Of a stretch of DNA of 64,000 nt, positions 48,556-57,614 are shown piece after piece. This stretch comes from Pelobium sp. (GTDB lineage: Bacteria > Bacteroidota > Bacteroidia > Sphingobacteriales > Sphingobacteriaceae): NCBI GenBank assembly GCA_037968815.1, contig JBBKWF010000012.1, forward strand, positions 20,384-84,383, given 5' to 3'. The notes under the pieces are model-generated. The model did not search any database, was not told the DNA's origin, and worked only from the letters and a program-made list of their open reading frames with translations. How positions within the stretch are numbered: the first letter of the stretch is position 1; each line of letters starts with the position of its first letter. The position numbers and the translations under genes were made by a program.

Positions 48556-49848
48556 TTATTGAATTTTTTTAAGTCTCACGCTCACTGCATTTTTATGCGC
48601 TTGCAACCCTTCAATTTCCGCTAAAATTTCAATAGTTGGTCCTAAATTTTTTATACCGCTTTCGCTGATGTGTTGAAAGGTTATTTTTTTAACAAAAGAA
48701 TCTAAAGATACTCCAGAATAAGAACGAGCATAAGCGCTTGTTGGTAAAGTATGGTTTGTACCACTCGCGTAATCTCCTGCACTTTCTGGTGTTAAGTTTC
48801 CTGCAAAAACAGAACCTGCATTTACAATTTTATCGGAGATTTGCATCCAATTATTTGTCGCTAGTATCAAATGTTCAGGTGCATATTCATTACTAAAACT
48901 CATTGCTTCGTCTAAATCCTTTACTAAGATAGCGTAAGAATTTGCAATAGCTTTTGCGGCAATCTCTTTTCGAGGTAAAGAATTTAGTTGATTTTCTACT
49001 TCAATTAAAGTTTCTTTAGTTATTGATTCAGAAGTGCTTAATAAAACCGCTTGACTATCTACACCATGTTCGCATTGCGCTAATAAATCGGCCGCTACAA
49101 AAATTGGGTTAGCGGTTTCATCTGCAATTACCAAAACTTCTGACGGGCCAGCTGGCATATCAATAGCAGTATTTGTAGTAGACTGTACCAAGGTTTTAGC
49201 CATGGTCACATATTGGTTTCCCGGACCAAAAATTTTATCCACCTTAGGAATGTTTTCTGTACCGTAAGCCATTGCAGCAACCGCTTGTGCGCCACCAACT
49301 AAATAAACCTTATCAATCCCTAAAAGTTGCGCTACGTAAGCGATGTAACCATTGATACTTCCGTTTTTTTGGGGAGGTGAACAAACTACAATTTCTTTAC
49401 AACCTGCAATTTTTGCAGGCACACCTAACATTAAAAAAGTACTAGGTAAAACCGCCGTTCCCCCTGGGATGTATAAGCCTACGCTTTCAATTGCTCTAAC
49501 TTCTCGCCAGCAAGTTACACCAGCAGTAGTCTCAACTTTTTCTTCTTTTGAAACTTGCGTTTCGTGGAATTTTTTGATGTTGTTGTATGCCGTCTGTATG
49601 GCTTGCTTTACTTCTTCTTCAATTCCGTTTGCTAAGCGATTAATTTCTTCTGCTCCGATAAATAGAGAATCCAACTCAACTTTGTCAAATTGCAAAGCGT
49701 AGCTTTTTAATGCACTATCGCCATTAGTTTTTACTTCGGCAATAATATGCTCAACTGTAGTTCTAATTTCGTTTCCTGAATCTGCATTACGCGAAATCAG
49801 TTCTTGAATATCAGCTTTGCTTAAGTCTTTGAAATTATATGTCTTCAT
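48556..49848 (-). CDS. hisD: Histidinol dehydrogenase
   Basis: 'GLYIPGG', 'GGAQAVAA', 'GPGNQYV', 'DMPAGPSEV', 'QCEH', 'APEHL', 'GTNHTLPT'. Confidence 0.97.
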   Translation of the reverse strand: MKTYNFKDLSKADIQELISRNADSGNEIRTTVEHIIAEVKTNGDSALKSYALQFDKVELDSLFIGAEEINRLANGIEEEVKQAIQTAYNNIKKFHETQVSKEEKVETTAGVTCWREVRAIESVGLYIPGGTAVLPSTFLMLGVPAKIAGCKEIVVCSPPQKNGSINGYIAYVAQLLGIDKVYLVGGAQAVAAMAYGTENIPKVDKIFGPGNQYVTMAKTLVQSTTNTAIDMPAGPSEVLVIADETANPIFVAADLLAQCEHGVDSQAVLLSTSESITKETLIEVENQLNSLPRKEIAAKAIANSYAILVKDLDEAMSFSNEYAPEHLILATNNWMQISDKIVNAGSVFAGNLTPESAGDYASGTNHTLPTSAYARSYSGVSLDSFVKKITFQHISESGIKNLGPTIEILAEIEGLQAHKNAVSVRLKKIQ

Positions 49849-49854
49849 CGTTTT

Positions 49855-49952
49855 TTTGTTAGGTTTTGGTTTGTTAGTTTGTTAGATTATTTACTGCTTC
49901 TAGTAAAGTATGCAACCCTAACTACCTAACCAACCAACCATCTAACTACCTA
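49855..49952. repeat. Paired octamer-repeat hairpin between hisG and hisD
   Basis: Left arm ttgttagt/ttgttaga units; right arm ctaactac/ctaaccaa units; loosely complementary. Confidence 0.6.
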
Positions 49953-50801
49953 TAATATAATTTTTTCTATAGGCATCACCACTATCCCTTGTGCGCCAGC
50001 AGTTTTTAACTCGTTAATGTGATTCCAAAAATCTATTTCCGGAATTACAGTGTGCACAGCAACCCAACCTTCTTCTGCTAGTGGCAAAACAGACGGGCTT
50101 TTAACTCCTGGAAGTAAAGCTAAAACTTTATCTAAATTGGCTTTCTCTACATTTAGAACTACATATTTAGTTTCTTTTGCTCGCATTACTGATTGTATGC
50201 GCTGTACTAGTTCTGCTACTAAAGCATCAGTTTCAACACCTTTACGGCCTATTAAAACTGCTTCTGAAGACATTACATCTGCAAAAGGTTTTAATCCGTT
50301 ACTACGTAAAGTACCACCGGTTGATACGATATCAAAAATAGCATCGGATAAACCTAAACCTGGTGAAATTTCTACTGATCCAGAGATCATTTTAATCTCT
50401 GACTTTATACCTTGTTTAGCTAAAAACTTTTCTAAAATAACAGGGTAGGAGGTTGCAATAGACTTTCCGTCTAAATCAGCAACAGTTTCTATTTTACTAT
50501 CGTTTGGAACGGCTAATTTTAATTTGCATTTTCCAAAACCTAAACGCTGTAGGTAAGTTACGTCAACATCAGTTTCGGCAATGCCGTTTTCGCCCACGAT
50601 ACCAATGTCCGCAATACCGTCTTGTACGTATTCTGGAATATCATCATCTCTTAAAAAAAGAATTTCAAGAGGGAAGTTTGATACTTGGGTAATTAACGAG
50701 CTTTTATAGTTTTCGAAAGAAAGTCCACAATTTTTTAACAGTTCTACAGATTTGTCATTTAATCTGCCAGATTTCTGGATAGCAATTTTTAAAGTTTTCA
50801 A
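49950..50801 (-). CDS. hisG: ATP phosphoribosyltransferase (long form)
   Basis: 'IAIQKSGRL', 'RDDDIP', 'DIGIVG', 'IATSYP', 'GSVEI', 'DIVSTG.TL', C-terminal regulatory domain. TTG start. Confidence 0.97.
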   Translation of the reverse strand: MKTLKIAIQKSGRLNDKSVELLKNCGLSFENYKSSLITQVSNFPLEILFLRDDDIPEYVQDGIADIGIVGENGIAETDVDVTYLQRLGFGKCKLKLAVPNDSKIETVADLDGKSIATSYPVILEKFLAKQGIKSEIKMISGSVEISPGLGLSDAIFDIVSTGGTLRSNGLKPFADVMSSEAVLIGRKGVETDALVAELVQRIQSVMRAKETKYVVLNVEKANLDKVLALLPGVKSPSVLPLAEEGWVAVHTVIPEIDFWNHINELKTAGAQGIVVMPIEKIIL

Positions 50802-50882
50802 GATTTTTATGTATTAATAAAAGACTAAAGAATGAGAATGGAAAAGTTTTGACGTACAAAACATACAATATATAACACCGCC

Positions 50883-50927
50883 TTAGCGATGATGTAAATG
50901 ATGTGTTGGTTTCAAAATTAATTTCAT
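50883..50927 (-). CDS. His-operon leader peptide MKLILKPTHHLHHR
   Basis: atg aaa tta att ttg aaa cca aca cat cat tta cat cat cgc taa; 4 His in the last 6 codons; ends 81 nt upstream of hisG. Confidence 0.85.
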   Translation of the reverse strand: MKLILKPTHHLHHR

Positions 50928-50970
50928 GTCTTTTTTAATATTTCTAAGGAGAGATATTATATATGTATCA

Positions 50971-51000
50971 CAAATATAAGAAGCTTGTGGGGATAATCAA
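50971..51000 (-). promoter_or_regulatory. his operon promoter (TTG-N19-TATATTTG)
   Basis: -7 TATATTTG at 50978-50971 and TTG at 51000-50998 on the minus strand fit Bacteroidota primary-sigma spacing. Confidence 0.65.
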
Positions 51001-51129
51001 GTTTTTAAGAGGATAAAAACAATGATATTTATCAGAAAATGGTAGAAAGCTCGATTTAACAAAAAAACATACTATGGGAGTAAATAGAAATGTAGTTTGG
51101 TGTTTTATTGGAGGTTTATAAAATAAACC

Positions 51130-51157
51130 GCAGAGTCCCTGAAAAAGGAGACTCTGC
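51130..51157. repeat. Hairpin GCAGAGTC-N12-GACTCTGC, similar to 16937-16963
   Basis: 8-bp stem with the same arm sequence as the other copy. Confidence 0.55.
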
Positions 51158-51190
51158 TTGGACTTTAAGGCAACACTTCTTTTTAATAAA

Positions 51191-51223
51191 AAACCCAAAA
51201 TCTATTTTCAAGATTTTGGGTTT
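51191..51223 (-). terminator. Intrinsic terminator after the anti-sigma gene
   Basis: aaacccaaaatct-N7-agattttgggttt, with a T run on the minus strand. Confidence 0.8.
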
Positions 51224-51245
51224 ATATGCTTTATAATGGATGAAT

Positions 51246-52088
51246 TTAAATATTTCCTATCACCATTAGTTTTTCTAAAGTCGGGTTAACACTTCCGCCT
51301 CTTGGCTCAAGTGTTACTGCGAATGTTTGTGCAGTGCCTATTGATTTCATGTTTTTAAGTCCAATTTCTCCATCAGCCATATCAAATACACCAAGGTCTA
51401 CAGGTTTCCCATCTACCAAAGCCCAAAGTTGATATTGATGTTGCTCATCATTTTTAGGCATATTCATGCTGGTGAAATCAAGCATTACCTTTTGTTCTTT
51501 GGCATTAAAAGCCACCATAATGTTTGAACTTGGAGAATTGTCTGTTCCTTTTAGCGCAACCATTTTCACATCAGGGTTTGTTAAAACCTTAATAGACTCG
51601 TTGCTAGTGTTTACTTTTTGGTCTAAATAATTTACCTGATTAGCAAATGTTTGATTGCTACTTTGTAGTTGAGCAATTTGCTGTCTGCTGTCTTTTAAAC
51701 TGCCAGATAAGTTAATAATAGCAACAATACTAAGTACTAACAAAGCCAAACTGGCTGCAAAAGAATACTTGTAAAAATTTAATTTGTTAGTATTTAAAGG
51801 AACAACTTTAGCTTCGTTAACAGAAGGAGTAGCTAATGGTGCAGTAAGTTCTTCTTCGTCTGCAAATTTTATTTGACTAAAAAAGTTCTCTTTAACTTTT
51901 GCAGATGGTTCCACCTCAAAATCTAACGACACATCCATCATCACTTTCTCAATCTCCTCCAATTCGGCTTTTACCTCTGGATGGAGCTTAGACATCGCCT
52001 CAACTGCTGTTCTTTCTTCAGCACTAAGGTCTCCTAAAACATAAAGTTCTAAAATGCCCGATTCGATATATGTTCTAATGTTTTCCAC
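51246..52088 (-). CDS. RskA-like anti-sigma factor
   Basis: 'YIESGILELYVLG.LS.EE', central TM helix, C-terminal 'YQLWA...GKPVDLG', 'FAVTLEP.GGS..PT'. Confidence 0.88.
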   Translation of the reverse strand: MENIRTYIESGILELYVLGDLSAEERTAVEAMSKLHPEVKAELEEIEKVMMDVSLDFEVEPSAKVKENFFSQIKFADEEELTAPLATPSVNEAKVVPLNTNKLNFYKYSFAASLALLVLSIVAIINLSGSLKDSRQQIAQLQSSNQTFANQVNYLDQKVNTSNESIKVLTNPDVKMVALKGTDNSPSSNIMVAFNAKEQKVMLDFTSMNMPKNDEQHQYQLWALVDGKPVDLGVFDMADGEIGLKNMKSIGTAQTFAVTLEPRGGSVNPTLEKLMVIGNI

Positions 52089-52640
52089 CTATTTAAAATA
52101 TTTTCTCAGTTCTATAATACCCATTCTTAACCTTGTTTTAACAGTACCTAATGGCATTGCTAATTCTTCTGCGACTTCTACATGCGTGTATCCTTGAAAA
52201 TAAATCATCTCAACAATGATTTTTTGTTCAGGTTTTAGCTTTTGTAAAAGATCTTTAACACCTACTAACTCTGGCTTGTATTCTGAGTTTCGTTGAATGT
52301 CAATTGAATTTACGTGGTTTTCTAAGTCTTGGTTTTTAGAATGATTTCTATAATCCTTAGATCTAACTTTATCAATAGATAAATTACGTACAACGTTTAC
52401 CATCCAGGTGAAAAGGCGTCCTTTAGAGGGGGCGTATTGCTGAATAGAGTTCCAAATTTTAACCAGACCTTCTTGTAATACATCTTCAGCAATTTCTCTA
52501 TCGGCAATTACTCTTTGTATAATGCCCATCAATGAGCCTGAATACATACTGTAAAGAGCTTCGGCACCGATTTTTTTTTGCTGCTTTAAGGCAATAACCA
52601 ATTCAGGCTCTTCTAGAAATACTTTGTTGTTTTTTATCAC
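52089..52640 (-). CDS. ECF RNA polymerase sigma factor
   Basis: 'AEDVLQE', 'LFTWM..VVRNLSID..R', 'YTHVEVAEELAMPLGTVKTR'; abuts the anti-sigma gene. Confidence 0.93.
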   Translation of the reverse strand: MIKNNKVFLEEPELVIALKQQKKIGAEALYSMYSGSLMGIIQRVIADREIAEDVLQEGLVKIWNSIQQYAPSKGRLFTWMVNVVRNLSIDKVRSKDYRNHSKNQDLENHVNSIDIQRNSEYKPELVGVKDLLQKLKPEQKIIVEMIYFQGYTHVEVAEELAMPLGTVKTRLRMGIIELRKYFK

Positions 52641-52663
52641 AATTGGTGTAAGATAAATAGGAT

Positions 52664-53545
52664 TTACTGAAAATCAAATAAGTGTTTCTCAGCATGATAC
52701 GAAGACCGTACCAAAGGGCCACTTTCTACGTATTTAAATCCCATTTCTCTGCCTTTTTCTTTATAAAAGGCAAATTGGTCTGGATGAATCCAGTCTATAA
52801 CCGGGTGATGGTTCTTTGTTGGTTGTAAATATTGACCTATTGTTAGTACATGAACGCCTGCAGTTTTTAAATCTTGCATAGTTTCTAATACGTCAGCCTC
52901 TGTTTCGCCTAAGCCTAACATAATTCCTGATTTTGTACGTAAACCAAACTCAGAGATACGTTGTAAACATTCCATGCTACGGTCGTACTTTGCCTGTACC
53001 CTTACTTCTTTTGTAAGTCGGCGTACTGTTTCAATGTTATGCGAAACCACTTCTGGTCTTTCTTCACAAACTCGGTATAAATTATCCCAAACTCCTTTAA
53101 AGTCAGGAATTAATGTTTCCATTGTTGTCTGTGGACTTTCTCTGCGGATAGCGCTAATGGTTTCTGCCCATATAATTGAACCACCATCTTTTAAATCATC
53201 ACGATCTACGGAAGTGATTACGGCGTGTTTAACCGTCATTAACTTAATTGAATTTGCTACACGGTTTGGCTCATCTAAATCTACAGCTAATGGTCTGCCT
53301 GTTGTAACTGCACAAAAAGAACATGAACGAGTGCAAATATTACCTAAAATCATGAAAGTAGCAGTTCCAGCACCCCAACACTCGCCCATATTAGGGCAGT
53401 TACCGCTTTCGCAGATGGTGTGGAGTTTATGCTCATCCACTATCTCTCTTACCTGGGCATATTCTTTACCTATGGGTAATCTTACTCTTAACCAATCGGG
53501 TTTGCGTTGTGCTTGATTTGCCGGAATTACAGGAAGTTCAATCAT
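52664..53545 (-). CDS. lipA: Lipoyl synthase
   Basis: 'RKPDWLR', '[13 protein letters not shown]', 'CTRSCSFC', 'RSSYHA'. Start reassigned to ATG at 53545 (MIELPV) because the longer start overlaps a promoter motif. Confidence 0.96.
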   Translation of the reverse strand: MIELPVIPANQAQRKPDWLRVRLPIGKEYAQVREIVDEHKLHTICESGNCPNMGECWGAGTATFMILGNICTRSCSFCAVTTGRPLAVDLDEPNRVANSIKLMTVKHAVITSVDRDDLKDGGSIIWAETISAIRRESPQTTMETLIPDFKGVWDNLYRVCEERPEVVSHNIETVRRLTKEVRVQAKYDRSMECLQRISEFGLRTKSGIMLGLGETEADVLETMQDLKTAGVHVLTIGQYLQPTKNHHPVIDWIHPDQFAFYKEKGREMGFKYVESGPLVRSSYHAEKHLFDFQ

Positions 53546-53549
53546 AAAG

Positions 53550-53557
53550 CAAAAGTA
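53550..53557 (-). promoter_or_regulatory. -7 element TACTTTTG immediately upstream of lipA
   Basis: Perfect TAnnTTTG 4 nt before the ATG; TTG at 53578-53576. Confidence 0.6.
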
Positions 53558-53702
53558 CATATTGTTTAAAATAAACAATGTGTGTTTTATCATTTATTTA
53601 GACAAACACTGAGGTTTTTTAGCTTTTTAGCCGTGAATTTTACAGTAGATACAGAAAATAGAGAAAAGGCTTGGAAAGCCTTAAATTTTTAAAACTTAAG
53701 GC

Positions 53703-54392
53703 TTATACTGTTTCAAACTTATAACCAACGCCTTTAACGGTGGTTACATAATCGTTTCCTAGTTTTTCGCGTAATTTTCTGATGTGGACATCAATGGTTC
53801 TGTGGGTAACAACAACAGAGTCTTCCCAAATACTGCTTAAAATTGCTTCGCGAGTATAAACTTTTCCTGGTTTTGATGCTAAAAGGTGTAGTAATTCGAA
53901 CTCTTTTTTGGCTAAAACTACTTTGTTCCCGTTCTGGAAAACCAAAAAAGCATCTCTATCAATTACTAAATCAGCTATTTCTAGTTTTTCTTCGGTAATA
54001 TCTTCGGGTTGTAGGTTGCGTCTTAAAATGGCGTTTATTCTGCTTAATAAAGCTCTAGGTTTAATTGGTTTTGCGATGTAATCATCAGCACCAACGTTAA
54101 AACCAGCAATTTCAGAGTATTCTTCGCTACGGGCAGTTAAAAAAACCACGAAAGTATTCTTAAACTCGGGCATTGTTCTTAATACCCTGCAGGTTTCAAT
54201 GCCATCCATTTTCGGCATCATTACGTCTAATATGATTAAATCAGGGGAGCATTTTTTTGCTTCCTCTACTGCTTCCTTTCCGTTTTTTGCAGTATAAACT
54301 ATATAGCCATCTTTTTTCAAAGTATACTCTATCAGTTCTAGGATGTCTGGCTCGTCATCAACAACTAAAATTTTTTGCTTGTTAGTACTCAT
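53703..54392 (-). CDS. OmpR-family response regulator
   Basis: 'LVVDDE', 'LDVMMP', 'FLTA', 'KPI', wHTH 'KEFELL', 'RTIDVHIRKLREKL'. Start reassigned to ATG at 54392; TAAATTTG -7 element at 54415-54408. Confidence 0.93.
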   Translation of the reverse strand: MSTNKQKILVVDDEPDILELIEYTLKKDGYIVYTAKNGKEAVEEAKKCSPDLIILDVMMPKMDGIETCRVLRTMPEFKNTFVVFLTARSEEYSEIAGFNVGADDYIAKPIKPRALLSRINAILRRNLQPEDITEEKLEIADLVIDRDAFLVFQNGNKVVLAKKEFELLHLLASKPGKVYTREAILSSIWEDSVVVTHRTIDVHIRKLREKLGNDYVTTVKGVGYKFETV

Positions 54393-54501
54393 AAAATCTA
54401 TTTGGCTCAAATTTACAAGCTTTATTATTGATATTGTTAAGCTAGTGTTAACAGACTGTTAAAGTATTGTACAGTTGATTTTAAAGTTACATTTTTTTAA
54501 C

Positions 54502-55623
54502 TTACAATGTTTTCTCTAAAAACTGATTAAGTTGTTCTCCTCTTAAATTTTTAGCAATAATTTTGCCAGTAGGGTCAATTAAGAAAGAAGCTGGAATTGC
54601 ACTTACATTGTATGATAAAGCAGTAGGAGAGTCCCATTGTCTTAACTCCGAAACTTGTGCCCAATCTAATTTATCGGTAACAATTGCTTTTTTCCAAGCA
54701 TCCTCGCTATCATCTAAAGAGAAACCTAAAACAGTAAAGTTTTTGTCTTTAAAGCGATGGTAACTAGCTACTAAGTTTGGGTTTTCTTGACGACATGGTG
54801 CACACCATGATGCCCAAAAATCAATCAATACATATTTACCTTTGAAATCAGAGAGTTTAATGATTTTTCCTTCCGGACTTAATGCTGAGATAGTTGGAGC
54901 CTGACTGCCAATTGCCGTTTTTTGGTTGGCTTCCATTTGTAAAGCGAAAGATTTTATTGCCGAATTATTTGGGAAAGTTTCTTTTGCTTCTTTACTATAT
55001 GCAATTAATTTGCCTTCGTAATCGTCATGAGGCATTCCCATCATAATGTTAGCTGCAAAAAACGCAGTCATTGATTTTTTGTTTTTATCGATAAATGCCA
55101 TCGACTGCTCTAAAAAAGGTTTTGCTATTACCTGAGACTTCATGTTGTACTCTGCAATAATCTCATTTTTTTTATCCTGATTGGCAGTAATCATTTTACT
55201 ATACCGTTCTGCTAGTTGACCGTTTTTTTGGCTGTAATCAGCAGTTATTTTGTTGTATTCAGTAATTTTATCAGCTTCATCAGAACCTTTTATTTCGTAG
55301 CTTCCGGTTGGGTGGCTTAAATCTGCTTTAAGTTCAATCTTATCACCATTTTCTGCAATCACAAAAAATGCTCTTTGGCCTACAGCTACTTGGTAAAACT
55401 CTGGGCTTGCATTTTTTGATTTTAAAGTGAATTCTTTGTCTTCATTTAAAAAAGTGGAGTCAATAGGTACCATCTGTCCAAAAGTATCCAACTCTAGTAA
55501 ATAAACCTTTTTTGCTTCGCCTATGTTTGTAAATGAACCTTTAATATTGAATTCATCTTTATTTGAACATGAAACTGCAAACAGCGCTACTCCAAATAAT
55601 CCTACAATTAAATGCCTTTTCAT
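54502..55623 (-). CDS. TlpA/ResA-type disulfide reductase lipoprotein (DUF4369-like N-domain)
   Basis: Lipobox 'FAVSC'; 'DFWASWCAPCRQENP'; 'IPASFLID..G'. Confidence 0.9.
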   Translation of the reverse strand: MKRHLIVGLFGVALFAVSCSNKDEFNIKGSFTNIGEAKKVYLLELDTFGQMVPIDSTFLNEDKEFTLKSKNASPEFYQVAVGQRAFFVIAENGDKIELKADLSHPTGSYEIKGSDEADKITEYNKITADYSQKNGQLAERYSKMITANQDKKNEIIAEYNMKSQVIAKPFLEQSMAFIDKNKKSMTAFFAANIMMGMPHDDYEGKLIAYSKEAKETFPNNSAIKSFALQMEANQKTAIGSQAPTISALSPEGKIIKLSDFKGKYVLIDFWASWCAPCRQENPNLVASYHRFKDKNFTVLGFSLDDSEDAWKKAIVTDKLDWAQVSELRQWDSPTALSYNVSAIPASFLIDPTGKIIAKNLRGEQLNQFLEKTL

Positions 55624-57089
55624 TTTGTACTTTCTAATTTTTCAATAATTAACTGATTTGCTTGTTTAGGGTCTAATTTTCCATGAGATAATTTCATCAC
55701 CTCACCCATAAACAATCCTATAACTCCTTTTTTACCGTTATGGTATTCCTTTACCTTATCGGGAAACTTTTCTAACGCTGCCGTGATAAAACCATCTAGT
55801 TCGTTATCACATTTTTTATGGACTAAGTTCAACTCTTCCATTAAATCTGCAACTTTAGCATCCGGACGTAAAGCAAGTGCTGCAAATAATTTGTTTTTTG
55901 CTTGACTGTTGTTAATTTCTTTGAGCTCAATAAGGTTAATAATCGCTGCGATTTCTTTGGCAGGGATGTCTAAGTCGCTGAAATTTTGCTGTTTATCGTT
56001 TAAATATGATTTAAGCGTACCCATTATCCAATTGGATGCCATTTTGTGGTTTTTGGTATGCTTAGTAAGCTCTAAAAAATAATCTGCCATTGATTTTTCT
56101 GCAGTAAGCACCAAAGCATCATAAGCAGGTAAGCCCATCTCTTTAGTGAACTTCTGGTACAACTCTTCAGGTAAAGCAGGCATATTTGCTTTGATGGCTT
56201 CTAAAAACTCATCAGAAATTACCATTGGTAATAAATCTGGCTCTGGGAAATAACGGTAATCATTTGCCATTTCTTTGGAGCGTAAAGGAGTAGTTTTTCC
56301 AGTTACGGCATCAAAGTTTAAGGTGTTTTGATCAATAGTTTCACCTTTGTTAATCAGCTTAATTTGGCGATCAATTTCATGCTCAATTGCTCTTTGAACA
56401 TTTTTTATTGAATTTAGATTTTTAACCTCGCAACGGTTACCTAATTTAGTTTCGCCTTTTAAACGTACAGAAACGTTGGCATCGCAACGCATGGAGCCTT
56501 CCTCCATATTACCGTCGCAAATATTAAGGTAACGTACTAATTTTCTTAACTCACCTAGATAAGCGGCTGCTTCTTCGCCAGAACTAAGCATTGGCTCGGT
56601 AACAACTTCTAATAGCGCTACGCCAGCTCGGTTTAAATCTATGTAAGAATAATCCTTATGCATGTCATGGATGCTTTTTCCGGCATCTTCTTCCATGTGG
56701 ATTCTGTTTAAAATAATATCTTTTTCTTCGCCGTTTTCTAAGCGGATTTTAAGCTTTCCACCTAAACAAATAGGCTCGTTATCTTGCGTAATTTGGTATC
56801 CCTTAGGTAAATCTGCGTAGAAATAGTTTTTACGATCGAAAAAATTGTAACGATTAATTTCACTATCAATAGCCACACCTAATTTAACAGCATATTCAAC
56901 TGTTTTTTCATTAGTTAAAGGCAATGCACCTGGCAAACCTAAGGATACCGAACTGATATTTTGATTGGGTAAATTGCCAAAACTGGCTGAATCTGAACAA
57001 AATGCTTTTGATGCGGTAGATAGTTGAACGTGTACTTCTAAACCGATAACGGCTTCAAATTGTTCGAAATTGTTTATAATTTGATTCAT
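55620..57089 (-). CDS. gatB: Asp/Glu-tRNA amidotransferase subunit B
   Basis: 'GLEVHVQL', 'RKNYFYADLPKGYQITQ', 'EEDAGKS', 'NRAG..LLE', 'MRCDANVS', 'YRYFPEPDL'. Confidence 0.96.
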   Translation of the reverse strand: MNQIINNFEQFEAVIGLEVHVQLSTASKAFCSDSASFGNLPNQNISSVSLGLPGALPLTNEKTVEYAVKLGVAIDSEINRYNFFDRKNYFYADLPKGYQITQDNEPICLGGKLKIRLENGEEKDIILNRIHMEEDAGKSIHDMHKDYSYIDLNRAGVALLEVVTEPMLSSGEEAAAYLGELRKLVRYLNICDGNMEEGSMRCDANVSVRLKGETKLGNRCEVKNLNSIKNVQRAIEHEIDRQIKLINKGETIDQNTLNFDAVTGKTTPLRSKEMANDYRYFPEPDLLPMVISDEFLEAIKANMPALPEELYQKFTKEMGLPAYDALVLTAEKSMADYFLELTKHTKNHKMASNWIMGTLKSYLNDKQQNFSDLDIPAKEIAAIINLIELKEINNSQAKNKLFAALALRPDAKVADLMEELNLVHKKCDNELDGFITAALEKFPDKVKEYHNGKKGVIGLFMGEVMKLSHGKLDPKQANQLIIEKLESTK

Positions 57090-57245
57090 TCTGTATTAAA
57101 AATTTACCAAAAGGCCTATTTTATTGTAATTTTCAAATATAATTTAATTACTTACAATTGGCGAAGAAAAAAACAATATTAAATACAATGAGTTTTTTAT
57201 CAAATAGCTTATTGTATTCATTTTTCAAGAAAATAAACCAATGTT

Positions 57246-57599
57246 ATGGAAACCAAAGTTTTAACTATAGAAGATTATATTAATCAGTTTCCGGCCGAAA
57301 CGCAAAACGCATTAAGTATTATAAGAAAAGCAATCAGGAGAGTAGTACCAAAGGCTAAGGAAGAAGTGAATTATGGTATTCCCACCTTTAAACTTAGTAG
57401 TAATTTAGTACACTATGCGGCTTATAAAAAGCATATAGGCTTTTACCCAGGGACCACCGCAATACTTCATTTCGAAAATGAAATTAAGAATTACAAATAT
57501 TCTAAAGGTGCTGTTCAGTTTCCGCTTGATAAAGATTTACCCATTGACTTAATAGAACGAATCACTCTTTTTTGCGTTAAAGAAATAGAAAAATGCTAA
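57246..57599 (+). CDS. DUF1801 / YdhG-like protein
   Basis: 'IEDYI', 'YGIPTF', 'HIGFYP', 'KGAVQFP', 'P.DLI'. Confidence 0.82.
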   Translation: METKVLTIEDYINQFPAETQNALSIIRKAIRRVVPKAKEEVNYGIPTFKLSSNLVHYAAYKKHIGFYPGTTAILHFENEIKNYKYSKGAVQFPLDKDLPIDLIERITLFCVKEIEKC

Positions 57600-57614
57600 A
57601 CCACTGTTTTATGA

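Noticed and set aside
50968-51198. 76-aa minus-strand ORF upstream of the his leader
   Set aside because: It begins inside a terminator hairpin, runs over the his promoter and is low-complexity.
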